A stretch of 63,168 nucleotides of DNA, filler included, from Craspedostauros australis (taxonomy: Eukaryota): the NCBI GenBank assembly GCA_030167865.1. It is 10 parts of 10 records of this genome, joined end to end, with 100 filler letters (N's around TTAATTAATTAA, not from the genome) between each part and the next. Parts side by side here need not be neighbours in the genome. Positions count along the whole stretch, not along the records: positions 36,366 to 40,812 come from JALAGF010003808.1; positions 40,913 to 43,176 come from JALAGF010003809.1; positions 43,277 to 56,651 come from JALAGF010003810.1; 7 more parts are not named here. One strand, written 5' to 3'. How positions within the stretch are numbered: position 1 is the stretch's first letter; each line of letters starts with the position of its first letter. Below the pieces are notes generated by a model, which saw nothing but the letters and a program-made list of their open reading frames with translations, was not told where the DNA came from and searched no databases. The translations under genes were made by a program, and so were the position numbers. Below are positions 37,085 to 50,189 of this stretch, piece by piece.

Positions 37085-40000
37085 ATCCAACAGATGCTGA
37101 TTGGACACAGGAGTTGCATGCAAGCGGTATGGACCGCACAGTGAACCTGGCGGTGACCAGGATCCTAATCACGAGAAACGTGACATGGATGGATCAGTCG
37201 TATAGGCAATTCGAGAGTATTGAGAATGCCAACAGGTCAGTACTGATAGACCTGGGAGATGACGACTCTACTTCAGGGATGACTTCCCCAGATAGAAGAG
37301 TGACTTGGGAGCGACGTGCGGATACCATCCGAAGCATGGAGACCGACGACGCTGATCAGAGCAGAAGAGCCGGAGANNNNNNNNNNNNNNNNNNNNNNNN
37401 NNNNNNNNNNNNNNNNNNNNNNNNNNNNNNNNNNNNNNNNNNNNNNNNNNNNNNNNNNNNNNNNNNNNNNNNNNNNNNNNATGAGACGGGACGAGACGAT
37501 TTGGTCGAGAACGCACCAAACACAGTCCCAATCGCAGAACCTGTCGTGCACATGCCGAGGATGCTGAGTGCTCTCGAGGGATACTATGATATGCCCATTC
37601 CGAAGGAGGAGCGAGAACTTGGATCAAGTGGAGAATCAGAATCAGAGAATGATGAGGGGTATGAAACCACTCAAGAGATGACCACCACACTACCGGCGAC
37701 AGGAGGACCCAACCATCATATAGATGGGTCAACATTCAACAGAGATATCGCAGGCATGATGATTGGCACCACTCATGAGAGGATGAGCCTGGGTGACTTC
37801 ATCACTGTGAACCAAGCATTGAACTACATACAAGACGAAGAGGGATCCGAGCAAGCAAATGTCGCAATGATGCCGGATCCGACCACAATTGACGAATGAC
37901 GGGGTCATGTGGATCCCAAGAAGAGCAATGAATGGCGGGAGGCCATGACGGAACGGTTCAGCGATATGGCCACAGCATGAGCATGGCAGATGATCAAGAG
38001 GAACCGAACGCCAAAATGATCGACGAGATACGTCAAGCGGAGAGATGAGATCGGTGCGCAACGAGCATGAAGTCTACGAGAGAGACTAGAATATGGAAAG
38101 GACACAGCTATGATAGCGAGAGCCATGAAGGGCGGACTCCAGATACAGTGAGCCAAGACGCATCGATATACGATCAATGAGAGACGCGGGCATGTCGGAT
38201 GAAGAATCCAATGACAGATCCGGAAGGGAGAAACCCCAAATGAATGGAGAAGGATTGGCAGGAGGCCACCAACAACTCCCATGACAGAGAAGCTGCAGCA
38301 TGATGAATCGATGCTATCCACCATGAAGGATGGAGGCGATCGATGACACGGTTGTAAGAAACTCGACGGCAGAGCTGGCAGCTGACCGCAATATGCGAAC
38401 GCCCAACGAGGGTGGCGAACAAAGCATCAGAATCAGGAGATAACGATGGCTACACAACTGAACGGGAGACAATGAACGCTCCAGTGGCAACAGACAGGCC
38501 CAACTTTGAAACGGACGGGTCAATCATCAACAACAACGTCGCAGGCATGAGGATCGGTACTTCCCAATGAAGGATGAGAGCGATCGACTTCATTGCTGCG
38601 AGTCAGGATAATGATGATGATGAGAGAGAGAGAGAGAGAGAGAGCGCGCGACGGCGAGAGATTCGAGCACATCAACACCGAAATGATGCTGAGTCTACGT
38701 ACGCCTGAGGAGTGCTAGGATCATGTGGATCCTGACGAGCGGAAGCAACAAAACGACGCTATCAACAAAGAGTCCAATGACATGGCCAGAAAAGGAGTGT
38801 ATGGCAGGAGATCAAGAAGGATCAGATGCCGAGAGACCGGCAGTGCGTGAAGATCAAATGGGTATTCAAGGAGAAGAGGAACGGCGTATTCCGCGCCAGA
38901 CTCGTTGCATGCGGATACTCGCAGATATTAGGAGTCGACCTCTCAATGCAACGCGCACCGTGATACACGACGCAACCTTCCGCGCAATGCTCACAATGAG
39001 GATGCTACTGAACATTGGGCAGCATCACTATCGACCTTGAGACAGCATTCCTACATGGAGACCTCGAAGAGGAGACCTACATGCTTTGCCAGAAGGGCAT
39101 GGAGCATGGTGATAACGAATGCCTGATGCTCAAGAAGGTGATCTACGGACTCGCAGAGCGCGCAAGACAATGGAACAAGAAGCTGGTCGACATCCTAATC
39201 AAATTGGGATTCAGACAAAGCAGAACGGATTAATGCCTCCTGATTCGGGATCAGGAAGGGAGACTACTGCTGATCGGAACCTACGTTGACGACTGCCTAT
39301 GCATCGGAGATGAACAGGAGTTGAAGAGACTCGTAGGGGATATCAAGGCAGAGAAGTTTTGGAATCAAGGTGGAAGAGGATCTCGAAGACTACCTCAGTT
39401 GCAAGATCATATTGAACCACGACTACGCGAACTGCTGGGTGGACCAACCGCACATCACCAACAATATCGTCAGCACTTTCAAGGACGATGTGATGAAGCT
39501 GCAACAATACGGAACACCAGGGACGCCAGGACAAGGCATCCAGAGAGAGAGAGAGTGATTCACCAAAGGTCGACAAGCAGCGACACAGCAGCTACCGAAG
39601 TGGAGTAGGCATGCTGCTGTACCTGGTGAAGCACTCACGACCCGACATCGCAAACGCAGTGCGAGAACTGACCAAGGTGTTGGATGGACCAACAGCCGCA
39701 GCATACAAGGAGGTGCCGAGGGTCATGGAGTTCGTGTCGGATACGAGAGAGTATGAACTGAAGATGAGACCGAGTCCATTGGAGAACGATGCATGGAAGA
39801 TTGTGGTGTACACCGACAGCGAGTTCGCTGGTGACAAGGACAATCGCATCAGCGTGGGAGGGCATGTCGTCCTGCTACAAGGAGTGCCAATCATCTGGAG
39901 ATCGAAGGCACAACGCAGCGTGACACTCAGCTCAACAAAGACAGAGTACATGGCACTATTGGAGGCCGGAAACAAGATCCGCTTCCTGACTCAACTGATG

Positions 40001-40360
40001 AGAGACATCGGGTTGGAGACGCACGGACCAGCAGATGTGATGGTTGATAATGTGGGAGCAATCTACATCGCTACCAATCCATCGACATCAACGAAAACGA
40101 GACACATCGACACACGACATCAATTCATTCGAGAACTGATTGCGAACAGAGAGGCTAGAGCCCGGTTCGTACGTTCAGGAGACAACATCACAGACAGAGT
40201 TCACAAAGAACACCAAGAAGGAGGTATGTGACAGACACAAGAGCGATTCATCCAGCCGCAGTCGGCAATGGACTGATGGGATGGCGAGAAGGATGGTGGT
40301 GATGGGAGACAAGGGAGTGTGGAGTCAGAATGATATATTGTCGATGCGACAATGGAAGGG
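37085..40360 (+). mobile_element. Degenerate Ty1/copia (CoDi-like) pol: post-integrase region, reverse transcriptase, RNase H
   Basis: VKIKWVFK..NGVFRARLVACGYSQILGVD, IDLETAFLHGDLEEETYM, KKVIYGL, YVDDCL, LLYLVKHSRPDIANAVREL, YTDSEFAGD and TRHIDTRHQFIRE, with multiple stops and frameshifts. Confidence 0.93.
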
Positions 40361-40812
40361 TGTCAGGAATCGGGGGTACGACTTTGTCAAGATACCCATG
40401 ATTGCCGCACCTCCCAATAATATCTTCACGACTCAATGGATTCAACATTGTTGATCACACTCGGACAACCTTGTAAGCCTGTCCCACCTCACGCAACCAA
40501 TCGTGTCTTGCATCACAGGGTCTGTCCANGGTCCGTCATGGAAGTGAGGGCGAACCTATGATTTTACCACTAGGGATGCATCCGCGCATGGGCCAACAAC
40601 TATGGACAACGCGAACAATAAATCCCAACCAAGTCGACGCGCCTCTACGGACAGAGACACACCGGAGTCACCTGAAAGGGAGAAACGGTGAGAAGGAGAA
40701 ACAGAGGCGATCCCCCAGTCACCCAAGAGCACGAAAGAGAAACGACAGGTGACATGATGGTCGTGTGAGAGGAATTCTGAGGAATCGAGGACGATGTGGG
40801 ATCGATCGATAC
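40361..40812 (+). repeat. Probable 3' LTR start (TGTCAGG..) after a polypurine tract
   Basis: AATGGAAGGG is immediately followed by TGTCA just downstream of RNase H. TGACA at 40750-40754 is a possible right end, but the LTR may run off the contig. Confidence 0.55.
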
Positions 40813-40912
40813 NNNNNNNNNNNNNNNNNNNNNNNNNNNNNNNNNNNNNNNNNNNNTTAATTAATTAANNNNNNNNNNNNNNNNNNNNNNNNNNNNNNNN
40901 NNNNNNNNNNNN

Positions 40913-42800
40913 GTGCACGTTGCGAGCCACGTCGAGTGCACTCCGCACGCCAATCTCATGCATTCTGTAGTGCAACGCGTGTGGGTATGCGCATCTGCAT
41001 AGTCGACTTTCGAAGTCGTCGATCGCATCGTAGCAGATCCTCGAGACCTCGAAGCGCACATCGTTGGCAGACATCATGTTGCTCAACGAGTATCGACATA
41101 AGAGGCAGATCGGACCTGCGTTCATGAGCAGTCCTCTGCGCTCCTCCCTTTCCGCTTTGGTCCGTGGGATTGCTCCTCTTGGGCCGTCCGGAATCTGGGT
41201 GAGGACTGCAGTTTCTTGGCAGTCCATGCACCATGCATTCAATGGGCCGCGCTTCGAGCGCAACGGATACCATGCGTTGTTCATGCCCTGACGTGACGCC
41301 TCTTCAGTCTTTCTGTCGAAGTAGCTCCAAATTAGGGTGAGATATTGTACCAGCTCATGGATAGTGCTGTCAATCTCCTCGTCGGCGTCCACTCCGGTCA
41401 TTGTCATTTCGTTGACGCTGACATCCTGTTTGATTGCTTTGCCGTCGCGCATCATCGCGTAGTTTCCGATGGTCACATTTTGTTGTTGTTCGCGATTTCG
41501 GTGATGGCCACGAATTTCGTGTTGGTCACAATTTTGATGCCGACCACATTTTCGTTGATGGGCATGGACATCGGCTCGTCGTTTGCGATGAGAGCGATGT
41601 CATCCATCCCGTCCATCCCGTCTGTCGCGACCTTGGCCAACCCGGCTTCCTTCATCTCATTATCGTGGGCATCGTGGTTAGGACAGTTGATCTTGAACCG
41701 ATCGATCCGTAGTCAACGCAATCTCGCTCTCACTGCTGTTGCCTCGTGCGCACTTATAACCGTTTTTGATACGGTGGCGGTCGTAGATGAGGCTCACAGC
41801 TCCGCGGATGTCTTGAGTCATCATCTTCATTGATGGCAAGGATACCTCCTGTTCCTCGTCTTCCGTCTTGAGTCTGGGATCGAAGCGCGGTGGGACCTCC
41901 CGTCCAGATTTGTTACAGCGCTTTCCCTTCTCACGACAGCATACACTTTCTGTGTTGCTATTTTCGTTGTTGTCGCCAATTCATGGCTGGTAGATTGCAT
42001 TCTTACCTCCTCGATCATATCGCAGTAGGAATCGCAGCCAACACTCGAGCTCCGTATCACACAATGGCAATCGGCGCCATGTGATCGTCTTGATGCTTCC
42101 ATTGCTGCTCCTCACATCACTCTTGATATGATGACGACTATGGGCCACGCCCATCTCTGCGTATATCTTGATCATTCTTGGATCGCGCCGCGTATGCTTT
42201 GCGCGCAGATGTTCAGCATCGGCGATCTGTGTTGCTCCTTATCCATCTTGGCTTTCATATCGACCGAGTGGATCTGAGCTCGCTCCGTGCCTTGCACGGG
42301 TAGGTTGGAAGCTCTCATTGCTTCCTCGATTGCATCTCGTTGAGCTCCTTCAGCTATCTCGCCTTCATAGCGCAGTCTGCTGAATACGATGCATCCGAGA
42401 GCGTGGTCTGCTGCGTCTGAATCTCTTCTTGCGTGCAGCTTGCTCTCGTACTCCAACACAGCCTCGAAGGTCTCCGTGTGCCTTCCTCGACTTCATGGTC
42501 CCATGACCATGGACAGTTCTTCCAATGCGCGTGTTCCGAGCGCCTCCTTGCTTCCAGCAATACTTGTTGTGCTTGTAGTTGCTTCAGCTGCGGTCTCCAC
42601 TCTGCTGGTGGACTCGCGGTGGTGCTCGATTCGATCATCATCGTCTCGACATCGTCGTTCGTGTGGGGGTTGCCATGCCGTTCTTGGCGTCCATTGACAA
42701 GGAGCGTCATGCTCCAGAACCTCTTGTTCTCCTTTCTCTTAACACAGGGGACCATTACTCGCGATGGTCCTGGGTGTGGTTGATAGTCATGTCAATGATG
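40913..42800 (-). pseudogene. Degenerate coding-like region of unknown family, apparently upstream of the copia pol
   Basis: Chain of interrupted minus-strand ORFs (42354-42755, 42172-42459, 41473-41655, 40913-41476) with charged helical and Cys-containing segments. Confidence 0.4.
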
Positions 42801-43423
42801 ATGATGTGGGCTAGTGTTGGTGGTGGTGGAAACGTTGGATTTCAATCATAACGTTTCGAAACGTGTTGGAAATCCGGGGTAACCCAGTCTCTAGTAGTAG
42901 TATCTGATTACCTATTCCTGTTGTTGCATTGTTGGAACTGTGAGTACAACATCTCCATCTCTTTCAATTTCATTTGCCACAACATACATAATCCACAGTA
43001 GCACACAGTCTTGCCCTTGCTCATGTAGTGCTGTCTCCTGCTTCATCATGTCATGCATCATGCACTTCATGTACATCTCATCTTGCAGTATTGGTGCATC
43101 TTATCATTCATCTCAGATATTCCATCTCCTGCTCTCTGCATGCATCTCATCATGCATTTCAGTAGTTTCATTTCGCNNNNNNNNNNNNNNNNNNNNNNNN
43201 NNNNNNNNNNNNNNNNNNNNTTAATTAATTAANNNNNNNNNNNNNNNNNNNNNNNNNNNNNNNNNNNNNNNNNNNNTCCACCAATATCCAGGGATGTGAT
43301 TCTACCATACTGAATTTGTTTGTGTTGGATTTTATTCTAGAGAGTGGAGTGTTTGTATTTGTCGTATCGTTTGCTCTTTCTTTGTGCGTCTCTCTGTCTC
43401 TCTCTCTCTGCCTAACGCAGGAC

Positions 43424-45652
43424 TTAGTCGACCTTGAGGGCGTTGTAGATGGCCTTTGTGAACCACAAGCTGGACAGGAATCCCACGGCTCCGCAGAAGA
43501 GACCGAAGAAGATGGAGATCATTCCCATGTACGTGAGGTAGATGACGACTGGAAGCGTGCCGACCAAGTCCAGACGGCTGGACAGGAACCAGAGGCTGTA
43601 GACGTACAGGTAGAAACCGGCGGATGCGCAGTTCCAGAATGAACGCCACCACCAGCGGTGGTCCTCGGCGCAGAGCTGAAGGTAGCACAGCACGATGCTG
43701 ACCTGGGCACAGGTGGCTGCGAGGATGGCGATGACGGCAAGGAGGAATCCCATGACGTAGTAGATCTGGTGCAACCAAAGGGCGCTCATGATGAAGGCCA
43801 GCTCGATGCACACGCTGCCGAATGGAAGGATGCCTCCCATCAGGGCAGTGAGAGCTGGGTTCATGTGCCATGGAGCCTCCGGGACGATGCGAGCGATCTG
43901 GGTGGTCTTGGTTGGGACCTCGATGGTCTTGGCCTTGAGGCCGATGTACGATCCCAGGAAGACGAGCGGCGACGACACGCACACCCAGAGCAAGAAAAGC
44001 ACGATGATGGTGAGGAAGGAGACCGCGGTGGCGGCACCGGCGACGCTGAGGAACATGTTGAGGACGGTGAAGATGGCCACGATGGCTCCCGGCAGCGCAG
44101 TGGCTGTCAGGATGGCATTCGTCTTCCACGCGGTGGCCTCGGTGAACTTGTAGATTCTGGCAGACACGTATCCTGCAACAGATCCACAGAGCACGTAGAG
44201 GAGGATCATGGATGTCAGCACCTGTCCCTTCTTGAGGGAGTTGGTGAGCTTGAAGATGGCACAGAGCATGGCAAGGATGAAGGCTGCGCCGATCTGGGCA
44301 CCGGTTCCGACCGCGATGGAGAGGATCATAGGAGATGTCTCTGGCTTGCGGAACACGTCGCCGTGCACCAGCTTCCAGCCGGTCTCCTCCTGCGCATCCT
44401 CGATGGACTGGATCTCGTTGTATCCGGCGATATCCTTGCGCAGGGTGCGGACCATGATGGTGGAGATGGCACCGGTCATGAAGAGGATGATCATGAGGGA
44501 GTTGACGATGGAGTAGTAGTGGATGCCGTCATCGGGAGAGCCGACGAGGTAGACATCCCAACGGTCTGACCAGGTGAGCTTGTCGTTCCTGACCCATGTG
44601 ATGTCGTACGAGTACACGATTGGCACAGGGCTGCCGTTGTCCTCGAGGGCGAGGTACTTGGAGGAGTCGTTCTCCACAGACATGCCGCTGCAGCTGGTGA
44701 TCTTGTCGCGCTTGTCAACCTGCGTCTTTCCCGCCGGCATGTCGTGCTTGATGCTGACGGGGTGGACGTCGAATCCTGTGATGTGGTACCCGCCGCCCTC
44801 GACGTCGTCATTGTAGGTGACGGAGAACTTCAAGTGGTTGTACAGGTAGATATCCTTGGACGGGCCTCCTCCCACGGGCGGAGACTTGAAACCCAGGGGG
44901 TAACCGCGGATGGCGTAGTTGTAGTTCTTGCTGCGCATGAGCACCGGGAGGGTGTCGAGCTGCAGCTGAACGCGGTACTTGCGCTCGATGAGCTTGCGCA
45001 TGAACTTGAGCTGCTTTCCCTGCACGTTGACAGTGCACATGACGGAGCACTCGGTGTTGACGGCCACCTTGACGTCGAAGGGGGCTGGCTTGAGGTCGTA
45101 TCCCTGCAGGCGGCTTCCGAGGTTTCTGCGTTGACGCTGCTTCTTCCTGATGGTGCCCTCCTCTGGTTGGGAGCAGTGAGGAAGGTGGTAGTACTCGTAC
45201 GGGACTTGAGTGTTGCGGGACTCAACTAGACCCGCATTGATCCAAACGAGCTCTCCGAAGTTGTAGATCTCCGGAGAGACGCCGGGGAAGAGGACGTTGG
45301 CCAGCGACACCTCGCGCTTGCGGATGAGGCCGCGCTTCTTCTTGTTGCGGAGGCGGTACTCGCGCAGCATCATGGCGCTCTCGGTGTTGGAGATCTCGTC
45401 GGCTCCCTTCATGCGCATCTGCTTGTACTGCTCGAGCTCGGCCTTCGACACCTCCTTGCGTTCCTTGCGGTTGAGGCGCTTTCCGTCGTCCAGCTTCTGG
45501 GCCGTCGTCTCCATCAGCTTGTTGGAGTTCACGGCCAGCGGGCGCTTGTCCACCTTCTGCGTTGCTGCGGCCTTGGTGGCGGCGGCGGCGGTGCCTGCCG
45601 GTGATGACAATGCCAGCACCGCGGCGAGAAACAGCGATGAGAATCCACGCAT
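43424..45652 (-). CDS. TM9SF: Transmembrane 9 superfamily (EMP70/nonaspanin) protein
   Basis: 742 aa with signal peptide. Motifs PYEYYHLPHC, IHYYSIVNS, EETGWKLVHGDVFR, GGILPFG, YLQLCAEDHRWWWRSF and C-terminal IYNALKVD. Confidence 0.96.
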   Translation of the reverse strand: MRGFSSLFLAAVLALSSPAGTAAAATKAAATQKVDKRPLAVNSNKLMETTAQKLDDGKRLNRKERKEVSKAELEQYKQMRMKGADEISNTESAMMLREYRLRNKKKRGLIRKREVSLANVLFPGVSPEIYNFGELVWINAGLVESRNTQVPYEYYHLPHCSQPEEGTIRKKQRQRRNLGSRLQGYDLKPAPFDVKVAVNTECSVMCTVNVQGKQLKFMRKLIERKYRVQLQLDTLPVLMRSKNYNYAIRGYPLGFKSPPVGGGPSKDIYLYNHLKFSVTYNDDVEGGGYHITGFDVHPVSIKHDMPAGKTQVDKRDKITSCSGMSVENDSSKYLALEDNGSPVPIVYSYDITWVRNDKLTWSDRWDVYLVGSPDDGIHYYSIVNSLMIILFMTGAISTIMVRTLRKDIAGYNEIQSIEDAQEETGWKLVHGDVFRKPETSPMILSIAVGTGAQIGAAFILAMLCAIFKLTNSLKKGQVLTSMILLYVLCGSVAGYVSARIYKFTEATAWKTNAILTATALPGAIVAIFTVLNMFLSVAGAATAVSFLTIIVLFLLWVCVSSPLVFLGSYIGLKAKTIEVPTKTTQIARIVPEAPWHMNPALTALMGGILPFGSVCIELAFIMSALWLHQIYYVMGFLLAVIAILAATCAQVSIVLCYLQLCAEDHRWWWRSFWNCASAGFYLYVYSLWFLSSRLDLVGTLPVVIYLTYMGMISIFFGLFCGAVGFLSSLWFTKAIYNALKVD

Positions 45653-46514
45653 CTTCTTGCTTGACTGTTCGTTTGGCTGCTCTTGCCTTGCTCTTTGCCT
45701 TCTTCTGAACTATTACAATACTATATGCTGCGATCAGACAATGCACTCTGCGGTGTACGTTGCTGTGATCAATGACCGGTTCAATCGATCGATGGGCTGC
45801 GTTGGTGCTTTCACTCCAGAGAGAGATCCTTCAATCTCGATCTGCGCTTGGGTGGATGTGGCTTCGATCGATCTTTCGCGGTCTTCGCTGTTGTTGTTGC
45901 CGTTGCCGTTGCTGTTGCTGGTCTTTTTCTTGCCTTGTTCGTGGGAATTTCGGTCACAACGCAACGCGGTGCAGCCGAACACGACACGGCAAAGTGCCGT
46001 GTCTCGCAACCTCCTCCGCGAAGCCACAGGGTCACCCCTCACCAATGCTGTTCGCGCACAGAACGATGCACATCATAAATACGATGTATCGCAGACATGT
46101 CTCCATTAACCGGGTGTTAACGTCCATGATGTTGAAACCGCTTCTTATTGGATCAATTAAATCTCACGACTCACTCATGATTCGAACAAAACGGTCGCAA
46201 GAACGTCACACGCGAAGACAAAACTGCCAACAAATCGCGTGTCGTGTCAGTAGATCAGGCTACGGTTCCAAATCTCTCTACTCTAGATAAAATGCAGATT
46301 AGTCGTTCTGCGACAACTTCTGGCGTCACGCAACCCCCGAGATCGTTGCAGAGTCCCAAACGGGCACGACCTACTCTATCCGAGCATCATGACAGGGAAA
46401 GGCAACGAGGATACTCCACTCCGGAGTGTCCTCTAGAGTGTGTACGACTACGTGCACAACAACATACTATACGCCACTTTCGTAAAGTACTACATAGAGT
46501 ATTCCTATTCTCGT

Positions 46515-49295
46515 TTATGATCCCATCACATCTTCGATGGCGGCGGCGATAGCATCCATCTCACCCTCCGGCATGGTGGCTGGCGGCTCGGTCTTCTCCT
46601 CGGCCTTCGGGGTGATCTTGCGACCTTCCATCACGGCCTTGCGACTCAACGAAATCTTGCCCTTGTTGTTCAGACCGATGTACATCACATCCAGCTCTTC
46701 GACGCCCAGGCTCTTCACGAAGCCGCCGCAGTTGCGAATGCGTTGCTTGTCCAGCTCGGAGATGTGGCACAGTCCCTCGAGTCCTGGCGTGGAGCCGTCC
46801 TCGGCACCGGGCAGGATCTCCAGGAAGACGCCAAAATCGTGGATGCCCGTGATCTTGCCCTTGTAGATCTTGCCTTCCTCGGCCGGTGGACCGACGTACT
46901 TGGGGCGTTCCTCTCTTCGTCCGCCACGCCCTCCACCGCCGCCACCACCACCGCTGGTGAGGGCCTTGACGAAGTCCTTGGCCTCGTTGGCCCTGGTGGT
47001 GTTGAAGGAGCAGATCTGGACCATTCCGTCATCCGTCACGTCGCATGCCTCGAGTTCGAAGTCCTCAATGATCTGACGGATTTGCTTGCCGCCAGGTCCA
47101 ATGATCTTACCGATTGTTTCGAATGGCACATTGAACGAGACCATCTTGGGGACGGTGTCGGGCAGCTCGTCGCGCGCAGATGGGAGGACCTTCTCCATGG
47201 CATCCAGGATGTGGATGCGTCCAACGCGGGCCTGCTCCAAGGCACGTTCCATGGTGGCCAACGTCAGACCTTCGCACTTGATGTCGAGCTGGAAGGTGGT
47301 GATACCCTCGCGGTCACCGGCAACCTTGAAGTCCATGGTTCCGAGAGCGTCTTCGGTTCCCAGAATGTCGGAAAGGATGATGGCATCATCATCGGACACG
47401 CCACTCTTGTCATCCAGGAGCATACCCATGGCGATGCCGGCGATTGGACTCTTGATGGGCACGCCGGCATCCATGAGGGCGAGGCAGCCGCCACAGACGC
47501 TCGCCATGGAGCTGGAGCCGTGAGATTCGGTGACCAGCGATTCCACACGAATTGAGTATGGGAAGTCTTTTTCGCTTGGGAGTCCCGGGATGAGCGCGCT
47601 GTGTTTCAAGCCGTGAGAGAGTTGTACAGTGCAGAATAGAGTAAAGTAGAGCCATGAGGATCACCATCGTGGTTAGTTCCGGGAATGCGAACAAGCAACT
47701 GACTGTGCGCACCTGCAAGGCATATAACTCAGGGCATGGCTCGCGAAAGGGCGTACTGTTGAAACACGCCAAGTGAACTCAACGTCCACATCGTCTCTAA
47801 CTTACCGTTCCGCCAAGTTGCCGTGGCCAACCTCACGACGTCCCGGCATTCCCACGCGGCCCGTTTCTCCGACACAACTGGGCGGGAAGGTGTACTGCAA
47901 GTAAAATCGCTTCTGCTCCATTCCATCCAGCTTGTCAATCTTCTGCTTCATGCTGGAACCACCCAAGGTCGCGGTGGCCAAGGCCTGAGTTTCACCGCGC
48001 GTGAACAAGGCAGAACCATGCACTCGCGGCAACATGCCGGCCTCCATGTCGAGATGTCGAATCTCGTCGAACTTGCGCCCGTCGCATCGCACGCCCACCG
48101 TTTTGGCACGCACGAACATGCGGCGGCACAGCAGATCCTTGAAGGCGCCCATGAGGGCTTTCTCTTGATCGGGGAATTCCTCCTCGAGCTCTTCGACCAT
48201 GGCCCTTTGCAGCTTCCTCATGATGGGACCCTGGGTCGTTTTGGTGCCGCCACCGGCGTACATTTCATCGATGTGGTCTGTCATGATCTCATTGACGCGT
48301 TCCTGAAGTCCCTCGATGGGTGCTTCGATCGTGTCCATCTTCTTTTTGATGCCGACCGTGTTGCCGAATTCCTGGACGGCTTCGCAGATGGCCTGGATGG
48401 CGTTGTGGCCGAAGGTGACGGCCTTGATCATGGTGTCCTCGGGCAGGAAGTTGGAGGCACCCTCGATCATCAGCACGGCGTCCTTCGTTCCGGCGACGAC
48501 GAGCTGCAGGTCGCTGGTCTCCATCTGCTGGTTGGTGGGATTGAGAACGTATTCGTCGGTGGCCTTGTAGTATCCCACCATGACGGCGCCCACGGGCTTC
48601 GTGAGCGGCACGTCGGAGAGGTAGAGCGCGGTGGCGCTGGCCGTGATGGCCAACGGATCGCACGATCGGATTCCGTCGTACGACAGCACCCAGCTCAGTA
48701 ACTGCGTCTCATGCCTCCACCCTCCCGCGATCAAGGGTCGCAGCGGGCGATCGATCAGTCGGCACGTGAGGATTTCGTGTTCGGCGGGGCGTCCGTCGCG
48801 TTTGTTGTAGGATCCGGACGTCGTTCCGGCCGACGAGAAGCGTTCCTGATGCTCGACGCTAAGGGGTAGGAAGTCGATGCCCTCCTTGGGTTCGGAATCG
48901 CGGGCGGCCGTGGCGTACAGGACGGTCTCGCCGCGCGTCAAGGTGATGGCGCCGGCCGCCTGTCGTCCGAGCTTTCCCGTTTCAATGACGATGGTCTCTT
49001 CTGGCACGAATTCAGATGGTTTGGCATCTTCGGCAGTCGCGGCTGGCGAATCGTCGGTCTGCTTCTGTCCTGGCAGACTGCGAATGGTGAGGGTGTGGAC
49101 AGCACCGCCGGATGGGCCAGTGTTCGTGGTCTCGATGGAGAAGAAGTCAGTCTCTGCCGCAAGCACGGTTGGTGGCGTGGTCTGTGCCGATCTGCCGACC
49201 ACCAGCGCTGGCTTTCGTAATCTGCGGAAGGAGTTGCCGTTCGGAGAGAATGCCGCTGTCAAGACGACCGTCGTTGTGAGCACCAGCAGTCTCAT
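46515..49295 (-). CDS. PNP: Polyribonucleotide nucleotidyltransferase (PNPase), probably plastid-targeted; exons 49295-47806 and 47598-46515
   Basis: RLIDRPLRPL, HGSALFTRGETQ and GRREVGHGNLAER|ALIP joined across GT-AG intron 47805-47599, then ESHGSSSMAS, DALGTMDFKVAG, KH (IIGPGG) and S1 domains. Signal peptide ends TAA|FSP. Confidence 0.96.
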
Positions 49296-50189
49296 GGTGC
49301 CAGAGGAATATGAGTATGATCCCTTGTGGTTGCTCGTGGTTGCTCGTGGCTGCTTCAGGGTTGGGCGCTCTCTGTATTCTGTGTATTCCAATGTTCTTTG
49401 AATACGTACGAGTGAGTATGGACGAGTGAGTATGGACGAGAGAAGAATGGAGTACACTACTCTAGTCTACGTTACTATTTGTTGGATTGCAATAGCAGTA
49501 GCAGTAGCAGTAGCAGTAGCAATAGAAGAACGAGCCGTTGCAAGCACAAATGAGATGGGCTGATGTGAATCTTCCCACAGGAGGGATGGTGGTGGGTCAC
49601 GCAACTGATGACGCAGAACGGATCTGCTTGGGGTTGGATCTCTGTTGGTGGCGTTGCAGCATTGTCCACAAGAGAGGAGATGGATGGGTGGCCCCACGTT
49701 GCCTGCCGACTTGGCTGATGGCTACCTTCCGTTCTTGATGTGTTGGTTTTGATGGCTTCACGTCATTCCTTGTTGCCGCGGTTTTGAACTCTGCGGTCAT
49801 CCGTCCCACATGACAAAGCTCGTGCGTTGGTGGGCAGACCGCAATCACATGCACGACTGCGATGGTCTGGTACAGATATTGATTCATCCGAATGAGACTG
49901 AAGGTGGATCCAAGACTCGTGTTCGTGTTTCAAACGCGCACCATTTTGCGCACGCGGCGGCGCGAAAAGAACGGTGATGGGCGCAGGCACAAGCGGAGAC
50001 GCCCGCGGTGATGTGCTCTTTCCTCTGTAGACTCCGTACCTGTCCAGTTACAGTAGATGGAAGAAACCTCCACTCATGCAATACCTCGCACCACACATCA
50101 AACCATCCATAGTGGCAAAGAGGAAGTAGAATAGAACAGAAGAACAGAGGTGGTCGTACTTGTAGAATTACAAAAACGTACAGCCCAAA

